This document shows positions 1 to 10,753 of a DNA stretch of 64,000 nucleotides, one piece after another. The DNA is taken from positions 512,001 through 576,000 of the forward strand of contig CAVQBA010000006.1 of the NCBI GenBank assembly GCA_963710605.1. The letters run 5' to 3'. The position numbers and the translations under genes are program-made. Every line of letters begins with the position of its first letter. Positions within the stretch are counted from its first letter, which is position 1. The notes under the pieces are model-generated. The model was not told the origin of the DNA. It was given only the letters and a program-made list of their open reading frames with translations, and did no database searches. Origin of the DNA: an uncultured cyanobacterium (GTDB taxonomy: Bacteria; Cyanobacteriota; Cyanobacteriia; Cyanobacteriales; Cyanobacteriaceae).

Positions 1-1
1 G

Positions 2-1696
2 GCATCTGGTAGTGGTAAATCTTCGGTTATCAGAGCAGGATTGTTATATCAACTCCAGCAAGGATACAAGTTAAGTGGTTCTAAAAATTGGCAAGTGAAA
101 ATAATTGTTCCCACAGACAAACCTTTAGAAAGTCTCAAGTCTGCTTTTATTGATGATGAAGCAGATGCGATTACTAAAGCAACCCAAAAAACCCAGTTAG
201 ATGGACTTTTTCAAGCAGGAAAAGAAGGGTTTTGTAATCTAATTAATAGTCTGAGGGAAGATAATCAACGCTTTGTCTTGATTGTCGATCAATTTGAGGA
301 AATCTTTACCCGTTGTGAAGATATAACTATTCGAGAACAATTTATCGAGTTTGTTTTGGAGGTAGTAAAAGCTTATCCTGACAGGTTTTGTTTAATTATC
401 GCTATAAGGGCAGATTTTTTACTTAAATGTTTGGAAAGAGAATATAGCGGTTTGCATCAGTTAATTGACGCTCATCAAGTTTCGGTGATTCCCATGAAGG
501 AAGCAGAGCTAAGAAATGCGATAATTAAACCAGCGAAAAAAGCCCATTTGCAATTAGAAGCAGGGTTAGCCGATGAGATATTGAAAGATGTAAAAAATTC
601 CTCTAGTAGCTTGGCATTGATAGAGGATACCTTAAGGGAATTGTGGCAAAAACGAACAGGAAATTTTTTATCCTTCAGTATCTACAGTCAGTTAGGAGGT
701 ATTACTGGTACATTAAATAACCGAGCAACGAAGATATACCAAGATTTTGTTACTCAAGCCAAAACAAAAGCCGAACAAAAATTAGGGAAAAAACAACAAG
801 ATGCCGTACAACACATCTTTTTATGTTTGACTCAATTAGGAGAAGGTACAGAAGATACCCGTCGTCGAGTGGAAAAAAGTAGTCTTTATACAGCTAAGTT
901 TACGGCTGAATTGTTAGAGCCTGTATTACAAACGTTAGCTCAAGAAAGGTTAATTGTCACCGATCGAAATAAATCTTGTGCGACAGATAAAGAATCGGTA
1001 ATTATTGATGTACCCCATAAAGCTTTAATTCGTAATTGGTTATTACTAAGAGAATGGCTCACTCAAAATAGGGAAAGATTGAGAATAATCAGAAAATTAG
1101 AAGGTTTGGCGGAGGAATGGCGAAAAGGCAAAGGAGATTTACTAATGGGTAAAACTTTTAAAAATGCTCTGGAGTTTGAGCGGGAATGGCAGGATAAATA
1201 TCCCCTTAACGATCGAATAACAGATTTTCTAAAGCAAAGTAAAAAAAAGAGAAATAGCGATTTTTTTAAATCTATTGGTTTATCTACGATTATTCCTTTA
1301 GTGGGAACAGTTTTAATTGCATATTTTGTATCTCGAGAAATACAGTTAAATGCAGATAAGCAATTAATTAGTGACTGTCAGGCAAAAGAAGATTGTCATG
1401 GTAGGAGAGAAGCTTTAGAAAGATTAGTAAAGGCTACTAAAAATTTAAATTATTACAAGCTTAAAGGTGCCAACCTCGAAAATGCCAACCTCACAGATGC
1501 AAAAAATCTTACCAACAAACAAATAAAATCTGCTTGTAATTGGGAAAACGCTTATTTTGCTAGGTATTTCAATTGAGAAAAAAGAGAATGGATAGTTAAT
1601 GAAGCAAAGCAGGAGGCAAAAATTAAAGAATTAAAAGAGGATACAGCATCTAATCCAGAAGTAAAACCCGATTGTAGTATATGGATATTGGACTAG
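2..1696 (+). CDS. STAND (nSTAND1-like) NTPase with TM helix and short pentapeptide tail; 5' end outside window; in-frame TGA at 1574-1576
   Basis: Frame open from base 2 gives ASGSGKSSVIRAGL (Walker A); LIVDQFEEIF (Walker B); ANLENANL repeats. After the TGA the frame continues as EKREWIVNEAKQ...PDCSIW to TAG at 1694-1696. Confidence 0.85.
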
Positions 1697-1769
1697 AATT
1701 CTAAGATTTGAACTGTAAACTTTGAACTCGGAAGTAAATAAACAAAGACGATTTTAAGATCTCAATCAA

Positions 1770-1860
1770 TCCCCTTAAATTACCCTTCGTTTGCCCCCTC
1801 AATCCCCGAACCCCTCTGCCTTTAAGGCATCTCCCCTTGAAAGGGGAGAGTGGGGGAAGC
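1770..1860. repeat. C-rich/G-rich palindromic repeat (CCCCTT...AAGGGG type)
   Basis: ctccccttgaaaggggag hairpin; related copies at ~51740, 51811, 54905, 55008, 58567 and 59971. Confidence 0.65.
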
Positions 1861-1900
1861 TGTGCGTCTGCTTCGCTTTTATTCATTGAGACTTTCTAAC

Positions 1901-2062
1901 TATATCGTCATTTAAAATAATGGTGAGGAAATATTGAAGCTAAAATTACAGTTTAATTTATTAAACGATATCTATTAGCCTTGTAATTCATTGCAAGGTG
2001 GGGTAAAAACTCAAGTTTGAAATCTGATTAATATTATCTTAATCTTAATTGAAATGACTATA
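1901..2062 (+). mobile_element. ~160-bp MITE-like element (TATA...TATA ends, internal TAGCCTTG..CAAGG hairpin)
   Basis: Homologous to 50495-50655 (reverse complement) and 53015-53176. Confidence 0.7.
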
Positions 2063-2162
2063 ATTGTTGTAAATTTTATTTAAATTGGTATTACTTTTAT
2101 TTGGAACTTAATTGAAATTACTGTAATTTTATATTCAGTGACGATCAATCGTTTATAATTTT

Positions 2163-3272
2163 ATGACTCAAACCATTGTTATCAAAATCGGTACATCTAG
2201 TTTAACTAAACCCGATACAGGCAACTTAGCCCTCTCAACTATCTCTAGCTTAGTTGAAACCATCACTTATTTACGCCAAGAGCAATACCAAGTGATTTTA
2301 GTTTCCTCTGGTGCGGTTGGTGTTGGTTGTGGCAGACTAGCTTTAAAAGAGCGTCCTCGTAATATTAGCTTAAAACAAGCTGTGGCGGCAGTCGGGCAAG
2401 GAAGACTAATCCGTATTTATGATGACTTATTTAATAATCTACAACAACCGATCGCTCAAATATTACTCACTCGTAGCGATTTAGTTACTCGTAACTCTTA
2501 TGTCAATATTAGTAATACTTTTAATGCTTTATTAGATTTAGGGGTAATACCGATCGTTAATGAAAATGATACTGTCGCTACAGAAGAATTAAAATTTGGT
2601 GACAACGATACCTTGTCAGCTTTAGTGGCGAGTTTAGTTAAAGCAGACTGGTTGTTTTTACTTACCGATGTTGATAAATTATACTCAGCCGACCCTCGTT
2701 TACAAGCTAATGCTAAACCGATCGATGTGGTTAATGCCGAGGAATTTTCGCAATTACAAGTAGATGTCGGTAATAGTAATAGCGGTTGGGGTACAGGTGG
2801 CATGATAACCAAACTCAGAGCCGCTAAAATTGCCTCTAATGCAGGGGTAACGACAGTTATTACCAATGGGCAAAATCCTCCTAATATCATCAAAATTATC
2901 GCAGGAGAAGCGATCGGGACAAGGTTTGAACCTCAATCACAACCAGATAACGCTCGCAAACAATGGATTAGTAATGGCTTAGTTGCGATGGGTAAACTTC
3001 ATCTTGATGATGGAGCAATTAAGGCTATCTCAACGCAAGGTAAGTCTTTGTTAGCAGTAGGTATAGTCGATGTAGAAGGAGAATTTAACGCCTCAGAAGC
3101 AGTCGATTTAATCGATCGTGCGGGAGAGGAAATAGGTAAGGGAATTATCAATTATAGTAGTGATGAGTTAGCCAAAATTAAAGGTAAAAAGTCATTACAT
3201 ATTGCCCAAATTTTAGGTTATTCTGCTCCAGAAACAGTTATTCATCGAGATAATTTAGTTGTTTTTAATTAA
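2163..3272 (+). CDS. proB: Glutamate 5-kinase
   Basis: [40 protein letters not shown] motifs plus PUA domain. Confidence 0.97.
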   Translation: MTQTIVIKIGTSSLTKPDTGNLALSTISSLVETITYLRQEQYQVILVSSGAVGVGCGRLALKERPRNISLKQAVAAVGQGRLIRIYDDLFNNLQQPIAQILLTRSDLVTRNSYVNISNTFNALLDLGVIPIVNENDTVATEELKFGDNDTLSALVASLVKADWLFLLTDVDKLYSADPRLQANAKPIDVVNAEEFSQLQVDVGNSNSGWGTGGMITKLRAAKIASNAGVTTVITNGQNPPNIIKIIAGEAIGTRFEPQSQPDNARKQWISNGLVAMGKLHLDDGAIKAISTQGKSLLAVGIVDVEGEFNASEAVDLIDRAGEEIGKGIINYSSDELAKIKGKKSLHIAQILGYSAPETVIHRDNLVVFN

Positions 3273-3377
3273 CTAATTCTAGTTTGTAGTGATGGCTTGA
3301 GCTATTACTATCGCCACAAATATAAACTTTAAAGGGTTGAGTGCAAATTATTTTATAAGCGATCGAAAAAATATGAT

Positions 3378-3476
3378 ATTATTCATCAAATTAAAGTTAA
3401 AAATGTAAAAACTGTCAATAATATAGGTTCAGATCATTTACCGTTAATTACTACTTTAATTATTCCTAAATTTTAA
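3378..3476 (+). pseudogene. C-terminal remnant of an endonuclease/exonuclease/phosphatase (EEP) gene
   Basis: Manual translation IIHQIKVKNVKTVNNIGSDHLPLITTLIIPKF*, containing the GSDHLP motif. Confidence 0.6.
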
Positions 3477-3700
3477 TTTTTTAACCATCGATCGTTGAAT
3501 AAATTAAACCTAATATAAAATTATAGTTGATTTCAATAAATGTTATTTATTAGTTTTTAAAAATTATTATACGGTAATTTATAATTATAATTTTACTTGA
3601 TATTTATAGTCGAGCGTACTTATTTTTTTCACCTCTAAACCAAATTAATCAAACCAATTACGTATTCACTACAAAAAAATACATTAAAGCTATTAAGACT

Positions 3701-3840
3701 AAATTTGAAGCTCAACCGCAACTAGATAACGCCCATAAACGATCGATTAGTAACGGCTTAGTCGCCATAGGTAAAATTCATTTAGATGATGGGGCAATTA
3801 AAGCTATCTCTCTCTGCTCAAGGTAAATCTTTGTTGGCAG
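3701..3840 (+). pseudogene. proB: Degenerate duplicate of a proB internal segment (2921-3057)
   Basis: Aligns by eye to the proB FEPQ...GKSLLA coding DNA, with substitutions and an indel. Confidence 0.85.
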
Positions 3841-4074
3841 ATGAAAACGATGGCGATTTTACTTCGTACAAAATTGGTATAGCCCCTATGAAGTAGATTA
3901 ACTTTGTCTAAAACCAGTTCTCATCTATTATTCCGCCGTATTTTTGAAGTGTCGCAGTTACAAGATTTTATTGTAACTGTTGTGAAGATAATATGAACTG
4001 CTATCTCTAATATTTTAATAAGTCTCAAAAGTTGTCTTTAAAGTTATGAAGAAGATAGAGTAAATTGTTGCTGT

Positions 4075-4179
4075 TTAAACATGAGGCAAACGATAAATCA
4101 TTGAACAGTTGACATTAAAAGTCTTCGCAAGTTCCTGAACCAACTTCCCTTCTTCTCGCAATTGCATCATTAAATGTAT
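4075..4179 (-). pseudogene. Remnant of serine resolvase C-terminal HTH
   Basis: Manual translation IHLMMQLREEGKLVQELAKTFNVNCSMIYRLPHV*, resembling a resolvase HTH. Confidence 0.5.
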
Positions 4180-4796
4180 AGCAAAGAGGAAGAGATAAGA
4201 CTTAGGCTTATACTTCAATAAAAAGGGGTCTAGGAGAGCTTTAAAAAGAGGGAAGCCGTCTTAGTTCCTTGTGCACCTTTTACTCTTAGTCACGGTCTGT
4301 TTAAGAGTGGTATAGCTCATGTTGAGATTCCTGGTAGTAATGGAGAGACCCTCAAAGATACGGCAGTCAGTGTGAAGACAGATGTTGAAGATCGCTCAAA
4401 CTATAGAATTGGTCAAGCCCTAGGCGAACAACTTGTCGATTTCTGAAGAAGTGATGACTTTTTTGTTCTACATTACGAAACGTACTTTTCTTGCTCCTTC
4501 TTATTCTCAAGATACTCAGATCGCATCATTGTCTATTCCTCTACATTTTAGAAGAAAAGGCGAAAAGTTGTTGATAAAGTCGAAGACCCTAGGGATTTAC
4601 TAAATCTACATCTAGGGTCTGTCAGGCATAACCCGTGAATTGATAGCGTGCGTTCAGTAAGAGAATTACCTCAACCTGTAGAGATAAAGAATTGTTATAA
4701 CTTGTTTTCGCGCTTAAAAGCACGAGGCTTGAAACCTAATTTTTTTCGGTCAGAAATATACTTACGTTAAGTCCTATAACAATATATTATGGCTAC

Positions 4797-5075
4797 TTAA
4801 AAAGATTCCATTCTTCCCAACAACTCTTGAGTCTTCTTACGCAGGCATTCATTTCTTTGCGGATAAAGTTCGGCAAGACGACGGTATTCTTCCAAAGAAG
4901 ATAAAAACCATACTACTATTTGGTCATCAGAGTATTCTTTAGTTTTAACAACCATGTATGGGTAGATTGTCTGACTAATCTCCATTTTGAGAGCTAAACT
5001 ATTTAGATAAAGTCTTCCGATTTTAATCCCTCTAAAACAAGTAGGATATACACAAAATTCTATAGAGTTTTTCAC
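4797..5075 (-). CDS. Hypothetical protein, divergent from relaxase
   Basis: ORF with AGGAG RBS upstream of the GTG start; no recognised motif. Confidence 0.45.
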   Translation of the reverse strand: MKNSIEFCVYPTCFRGIKIGRLYLNSLALKMEISQTIYPYMVVKTKEYSDDQIVVWFLSSLEEYRRLAELYPQRNECLRKKTQELLGRMESF

Positions 5076-5160
5076 AAAATTTCTCCTTTATTTTATTTTT
5101 CATATAAGAAGTGCGATAGCACATATTTATTTTATTCTTTATATAACTCATATATTAATT

Positions 5161-5192
5161 GCGAAGCAACTGGAGAAAGTGTACACTTATAC
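5161..5192 (+). other. Degenerate MOBQ-type oriT/nic-like site
   Basis: GCGAAGCAACTGGAGAAAGTGTACACTTATAC resembles AAGGGCGCA(C/A)TTATAC of MOBQ oriTs; 50 bp upstream of the relaxase. Confidence 0.5.
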
Positions 5193-5241
5193 ATTAAGGT
5201 AAATTTCTAAATTAGACTTTACGAAAAAATCAGTTAAAGCT

Positions 5242-6148
5242 ATGGCTATTTATCATTTAAGCGTTAAAGTTTTGAGCCGGAGTCGTGGGCAAAGTGCGGT
5301 CTTTGCCGCAGCTTATCGTGCAGGAGAAAGGCTAGAAGATAAACGCCGTAATGAAGTAAAAGACTATTCGCAACGACATGGATTGCTCTACAAGGAGATT
5401 ATATCCCCCCCTGAAACACCAAATTGGCTTGTAGCCAATCGTCAAATTCTTTGGAATACAGTAGAAATGGCCGAAAAACGCGAAGACTCTCAGTTAGCAA
5501 AAGAGATAGAAATTTCCCTACCAGTAGAGTTGACTCTAGAACAACAAGTAAATTTAGTTAAAGAATACGTTCAAGAGCAATTTATCAAAGAAGGAATGAT
5601 AGCTGACATTACTATTAATAAACCTCCCAAGACTTATGAAGGTGAACTTCGTAAAGGCGACCTTCTGTAATGTTTATGCTCAAATTTTGCTAACTACTAG
5701 AACTATAAAATCAGATGGTTTTGGACAAAAAAACAGACAATGGAATCAAAAAAACTTGATAGAAAAGTGGCGTATTCAATGGGAACTTTATGCGAATAAA
5801 GCTTTGGAGAAAGCTGGTAGAAAAGAACGTATCGATCGTCGAAGTTTAAAATCTCAAGGTTTAGAAAAATCAAAAAATCAAAAATCTTCTAAAAGTTCTC
5901 ATGAAAAGAAGAAGGCAGATTACCAAGTAGTCTTCGTTGCTCAAGAATTCAAAATTTTCTTTGAAGCTTATAAAGTTTGGCTAAAATCTCAAAAAATAGC
6001 AGGAAGTAAAGTTGATTTTCAAAGCTTTAAGGATAAGTTAGAAGAAAAGTTTGAGAATAAACCAAAAAACAAAATGAATTATAGAGAATGGGCTGAATCT
6101 GTCTCTCAAATACAAAATGAATTTTTAGAACAGTTTCTTAAAATCTAG
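5242..6148 (+). pseudogene. MobA/MobL (MOBQ) relaxase, frameshifted near 5665, HUH histidines substituted
   Basis: MAIYHLSVKVLSRSRGQSAVFAAAYR, LWNTVEMAEKR, LPVEL, LLTTR, GFGQKNRQWN, RIDRRSL. Confidence 0.88.
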
Positions 6149-6189
6149 TTTTTTAAACTTTCTGAGAAGCAAGATTGTTCATGTTATTT

Positions 6190-6683
6190 CAGTCGAAGCG
6201 ATCGACGCTTTATTATTTATGGGCCGAGTATGGGAAAAAAATGCTTTTACTAAAGACGATGACTTTTTAAAAAGTTCGGACGAAGAAACCCGTTTTGTAA
6301 TTAACGTAAATACGATCGCACCGATCGAGATAACAAGAATTTTATCAGAAAACTTACTTCAAGCAAAAAACCCTAGAGCAATTTATATCGGTGCTACATC
6401 GGGTTTAAATCATAACGCATCAATTGAAGTAGCTAACACGGCATCTAAATTTGGTTTGTGCGGTGCAATTCAAGCCTTAAGAATTACCTTTCAAAAAAAG
6501 ATTGGATTCACAGTTATTAATCCGAGTAATATAGAAACACCAGAAGTAATGTTAGATATTAAAGAAAGAAGATTCCAACCGCATTAATCAATTCCTCTCA
6601 ACGATTTGATTAATGCTATAGACTGGATTTTGACGTTATCTCCTCATGTAGATGTACCAGAATTGAATTTAATGCAAAGATAA
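6190..6683 (+). pseudogene. SDR oxidoreductase remnant (N-terminus missing, in-frame TAA at 6585-6587)
   Basis: VINVNTIAP, ANTASKFGL; frame continues SIPLNDLINAIDWILTLSP after the stop; no Rossmann GxxxGIG motif. Confidence 0.7.
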
Positions 6684-7037
6684 GATTAAAAACACAAAAC
6701 TGAACATCAATAATTTCTTAAAATTTGTTCGTGCTATTCTCAAGAAAATTACGGGTAGGGTGGGAATCCACCTACCATTAACTTATTTTGAAAATTAATC
6801 AGATTCTAAAACTGTTTCACTCTTATTTTTAAATAACTATATAGCTCATTTTGACGAACACTTCGACTATCGCTCGTGGTGCGTGGCGATTACTATTAGC
6901 CTTGACAATGTTTTTTGCAAGGCGATTTATTTTTACTCGTTTTTTCCACTTCTAAAGTAATAAAGGGCTAAACCCCTTACTACCAAAAAAAAAATTATAA
7001 AAAGATATTAATTCTCAATTCTCAACTCTCAATTCTT

Positions 7038-8123
7038 CTAGTATCGTTCAAAGAAATAATTAGCTACTTCATTGGCAATATATTCCCCACCATATTTGTC
7101 AAGTTTTTCGTTAGTTGTAGGAGGGAGTAAATCTTGTTTTAAGAAATCCCAATCAGTTTCATAAAAATCTTGACGATTGACGATACGATGATAACTATAT
7201 TTACGTAAGTCATTTAATAGTATTTGCGACTCGTTAAACCCTTCACGAGTTACACTAATCATCGGTACATCCAAACGCATACACTCAGCAAAAGTACTAA
7301 AACCGGGTTTACATAATACTTTACCTGTAATCGGTAAAAAATCAACAGGACGTTGTATATTATCCGTTATCTTCAACAAATTAGGCATATCGGGAGCATT
7401 TTTATCAAAAGTAATAAATTGCCAATCTGAGAAATCTGTTAAGTTTTGATAAGGAATTGCGTTTAAACCCAAACCACCAAAAGTAAGTAAAATAGTTTTT
7501 TCTTTCGGTGTAGTCAAATCGTATTTAGCTCTTAACTCATCTTCTTTATAACGAGGTACACCACCTGTTAAACCAACATCTTCTTGATGAGGAAAACAAC
7601 TCATTGGCTCGGCAAATGGTAAACGGAATAATCGATTGCATTTACTATAACCTTCTCTTAGCCAATCAATAATCGAACCAAACTCATCTTGCCATGGCTG
7701 ATAAATAAAATCCCAACCAAAATTACCCATCATCCAACAAGGAATACCAGCCTCAGCCGCAATTTTTGTGGTCATCGCTGGAATATCAGCAAGCATAAGA
7801 CTAATTCGATTAATCTGAATATATTCTACTTCCCTAGCAACGATTTCTTGCTCTTTGGCACGATAATCTTCCATTTTACGTAATGTGCCAGCAACATCCA
7901 TTTGGATACTATCAGACTGAATTACACCAACATCAAAACTCTGAAGACGGTAAATAAAATCCCCCTCTAAGTAACTTTCTATTAACCAACGAGGTGCAGT
8001 TGTGACAATAACTAATAAGATATCGGGATTCAATTTTTGTATTTGTTTAGCCACTGATGCCATACGTACAGCATGACCAAAACCATGATTCGTAATCGCT
8101 ATGTATAAAACAGGACGAGACAT
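7038..8123 (-). CDS. GT-B fold glycosyltransferase-like protein
   Basis: ITNHGFGHAVR, LLTFGGLG, KPGFSTFAE. Confidence 0.8.
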   Translation of the reverse strand: MSRPVLYIAITNHGFGHAVRMASVAKQIQKLNPDILLVIVTTAPRWLIESYLEGDFIYRLQSFDVGVIQSDSIQMDVAGTLRKMEDYRAKEQEIVAREVEYIQINRISLMLADIPAMTTKIAAEAGIPCWMMGNFGWDFIYQPWQDEFGSIIDWLREGYSKCNRLFRLPFAEPMSCFPHQEDVGLTGGVPRYKEDELRAKYDLTTPKEKTILLTFGGLGLNAIPYQNLTDFSDWQFITFDKNAPDMPNLLKITDNIQRPVDFLPITGKVLCKPGFSTFAECMRLDVPMISVTREGFNESQILLNDLRKYSYHRIVNRQDFYETDWDFLKQDLLPPTTNEKLDKYGGEYIANEVANYFFERY

Positions 8124-8402
8124 AATAATTCGACAAGTAAAAGTGTGAATAGTGAATGACGACCAAATATATTAATCAAAGATAATATTTGCTCAAAAAT
8201 AAAAAGGCAACTCTACTGACTAATTAAGACTTGTGAAGAGAAAAAAATTTTGTCTCCTGATTTTAAGCTAAAAATTACGATTTAATTTACAGATTGATCA
8301 GGTCAAGAACTTAAATAGTTAATTAGTAATATGTTAAACTGCTGACATAAATATCTACTTAATTAATGTACTATTAAATTATTGTAACAAAAATACATAT
8401 AG

Positions 8403-8984
8403 GTGAAAAAAATCGTGAATGATAGTCAAAATGATATTCGCCAAACGGTAATACTGACAAAGTATTATAGTTTTGACTTAGGACGTTATACGATTAAGGA
8501 TTTGATTACGAAATGGATAGACATTTATCCTTATCATTGGTTACCTTTGGCTGTTACTCAAGCGATTTATCAAGGCAGACTTAAAGCGGTTTCGATCGAG
8601 CAAATTTTAAGTAATTGGCAAAAAAAAGGCGAAGTAAGTTATAGTTTTAACCGTGAATTTATTAATTTAATCCAACCTGAAGCAAATTTTAGACTACAAC
8701 AAGAAAGAGAAGCTAAAAAAATATTTTGCTTTGTTAATCAACCTCAGCCACCTGAGACTAATTTATCTGGCTTTAACTCTACATCTGATGAGCAATTAAA
8801 TCCGTCTGTTTCTATCCCTGTGACGGCAAAAATTAAGCCAAAAGCTATTTCTATCACACAATTTAATGACTCAAATTCGAGTAATGATTCTTCTCAGTCT
8901 TTTAAAAAACTCAAATCTTTAGCTAGTGATAATAGTAATGAGCAAAAAAGAGATTTTTATCATCAATTAATTATTAATGGTTAA
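8403..8984 (+). CDS. Conserved cyanobacterial hypothetical protein
   Basis: YSFDLG...WLPLAVTQAIYQGRLKAVSIEQILSNW motif. Confidence 0.7.
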   Translation: MKKIVNDSQNDIRQTVILTKYYSFDLGRYTIKDLITKWIDIYPYHWLPLAVTQAIYQGRLKAVSIEQILSNWQKKGEVSYSFNREFINLIQPEANFRLQQEREAKKIFCFVNQPQPPETNLSGFNSTSDEQLNPSVSIPVTAKIKPKAISITQFNDSNSSNDSSQSFKKLKSLASDNSNEQKRDFYHQLIING

Positions 8985-8996
8985 TTATCAAAATTA

Positions 8997-9587
8997 TCAA
9001 CGTTCAATAAATTGAATTATTTTTTGTAAAACTTTTTCATCGCTAGACATCCATCGATGTATCTGAATCGGAATACATACTTCTTCTCCTACTCCCATCA
9101 ATGAACTATCTGCGGGAATAATCATGGTATCAAAAGGTGTCCACATAACTAAAGATTCAATTTGATTTAGTTGTTGTTGAACATCTGTATTTAAGTCTTC
9201 TAAAAAGCTACTATAAGGACGCATTTGTTCTATTCCTTTAAATGGTAAAGGTAAAAGATAAGCTAAAGCACTACCATTGTTTGGTGCAGAAATACTAATA
9301 TATTTATCAACTTTATTAATTCCTTCTAATCTTTGTAAATAATAACGGGTGACTAATCCTCCCATACTAAAACCGATTAAAATTATTTTTTCTTCAGGTA
9401 GAAAGTTTTTATCTATATATGTCTTGACTTGTAAAGCTAATATTTTTAAATCGGCAATGCCAAAGTTAGGTTTCAAATCGATAGCATGGGTTTGATAACC
9501 TCTTTTTCTTAAATAAGTTGACATGATGGCAAATTTTTGGGCTGTATCGTTTAATCCATGTATCATTAAGACTGGTTTTTTTTTCAT
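8997..9587 (-). CDS. Alpha/beta hydrolase (lipase/esterase)
   Basis: PVLMIHG oxyanion motif and GFSMGG nucleophile elbow; likely start MKKKPV. Confidence 0.9.
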   Translation of the reverse strand: MKKKPVLMIHGLNDTAQKFAIMSTYLRKRGYQTHAIDLKPNFGIADLKILALQVKTYIDKNFLPEEKIILIGFSMGGLVTRYYLQRLEGINKVDKYISISAPNNGSALAYLLPLPFKGIEQMRPYSSFLEDLNTDVQQQLNQIESLVMWTPFDTMIIPADSSLMGVGEEVCIPIQIHRWMSSDEKVLQKIIQFIER

Positions 9588-9730
9588 TATTCTTGCTTTA
9601 GTTAAAAATAATAACGATCGCTTCAATTGATGGTAGTAAAAATAAAAAATTGTTTTTAATCATAAAATACGATCGTATCGGTTGTATTTTATCTTGGAAT
9701 TGAGTATCACTAAAATTTAATTAATTATCA

Positions 9731-10600
9731 TTAATCGATCGCTACTTTTAACTGTTTATTATTTTTCGATTTAGATTTTTTTTCGGTCTCAATAAAATCA
9801 CATTGAGCGAAAGGTTTAATTAATCTGAGTGTGGCTTTATCTAAATCGAAATCTTCAGGAAATAAAGTAAATCGATCGTAACAAGCATTTGTTAATTGAG
9901 TATCTGTTAAATCAGTCATTTGTAAATCAACTCCTCGCAAATCAGTATTTGTCAAATCGCTTTCGTTTAATATTGCTTGAGCTAAATTACTTTTATTCAA
10001 TTTACTTTGACTCAAATTAACCTCACTCAAATCTGCTCCTCTAAAATTAGTAGAAGTTAAGTTTAATTGATTAAGTTGAGCTTCACTTAAATCTGCACCT
10101 TCTAATAAAGAAGATAAAGGATAATTATTATTATCTAATAGTAAACTATCTTTTAAAAAAATAATGATATAACGTTTTCTTTTACCATCTATCTCAGCTA
10201 AAGCAGTTTGCGTAATTGCTTTTAATAAATAATGATTTTCTTGCAGTTTTTTCAGCGGATAATCTAATATTAATTGAGCAGTATAATTAAGATAATCAGT
10301 TAATACCTTTTGATGATAACTTTCTAATTCGAGAGTATAATTAGCATTATTATCTTGTATTTGTAAAGGACGATACAGAAACTGTTCACTAAATAAATTA
10401 GAAAGAGTGACAAAACCGATGATTAGAGTAGTAGTAGCAGTAATTAAAGAACCAACAATAGGACCTATGGCAATATCAGGTATATGGACAGAAGAAGTAA
10501 TAGATTGAGCGATCGCATTTAAAAAAATAGAGAAAGCTTTTTGTAAATTCTGGAGAAATTTAACGAAGAAACCAGAAGATGGTAATTTATCTTTTGACAT
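9731..10600 (-). CDS. Membrane-anchored pentapeptide repeat protein
   Basis: TM segment followed by ADLSE/AQLNQ/ADLSE repeats. Confidence 0.85.
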   Translation of the reverse strand: MSKDKLPSSGFFVKFLQNLQKAFSIFLNAIAQSITSSVHIPDIAIGPIVGSLITATTTLIIGFVTLSNLFSEQFLYRPLQIQDNNANYTLELESYHQKVLTDYLNYTAQLILDYPLKKLQENHYLLKAITQTALAEIDGKRKRYIIIFLKDSLLLDNNNYPLSSLLEGADLSEAQLNQLNLTSTNFRGADLSEVNLSQSKLNKSNLAQAILNESDLTNTDLRGVDLQMTDLTDTQLTNACYDRFTLFPEDFDLDKATLRLIKPFAQCDFIETEKKSKSKNNKQLKVAID

Positions 10601-10753
10601 AAGTGGTTAATAATATTTAATCAAACAAGGGTAATTTATTAGCGATAAATTTTCAAGATTAGTAAAAAAACAGCTAAGATTTAAATAAGAAATAAACAAT
10701 TTTTTCATGGGTTGGCTATTTACTAACAAAAACATCATCACTCAATCTAAACT

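Noticed and set aside
1701-1886. 61-aa ORF, likewise 17220-17441, 44959-45240, 51804-52013 and 51855-52040
   Set aside because: These are translations of palindromic or heptamer repeats (e.g. SQFSILN).
2498-2893. Antisense ORFs inside proB, pds, the phosphatase, urtC, argH, proC, ftsY and mrp
   Set aside because: Short shadow frames covering only part of conserved genes, with no motif. This contrasts with the full-length, duplicated antisense frames at 53-54 kb.
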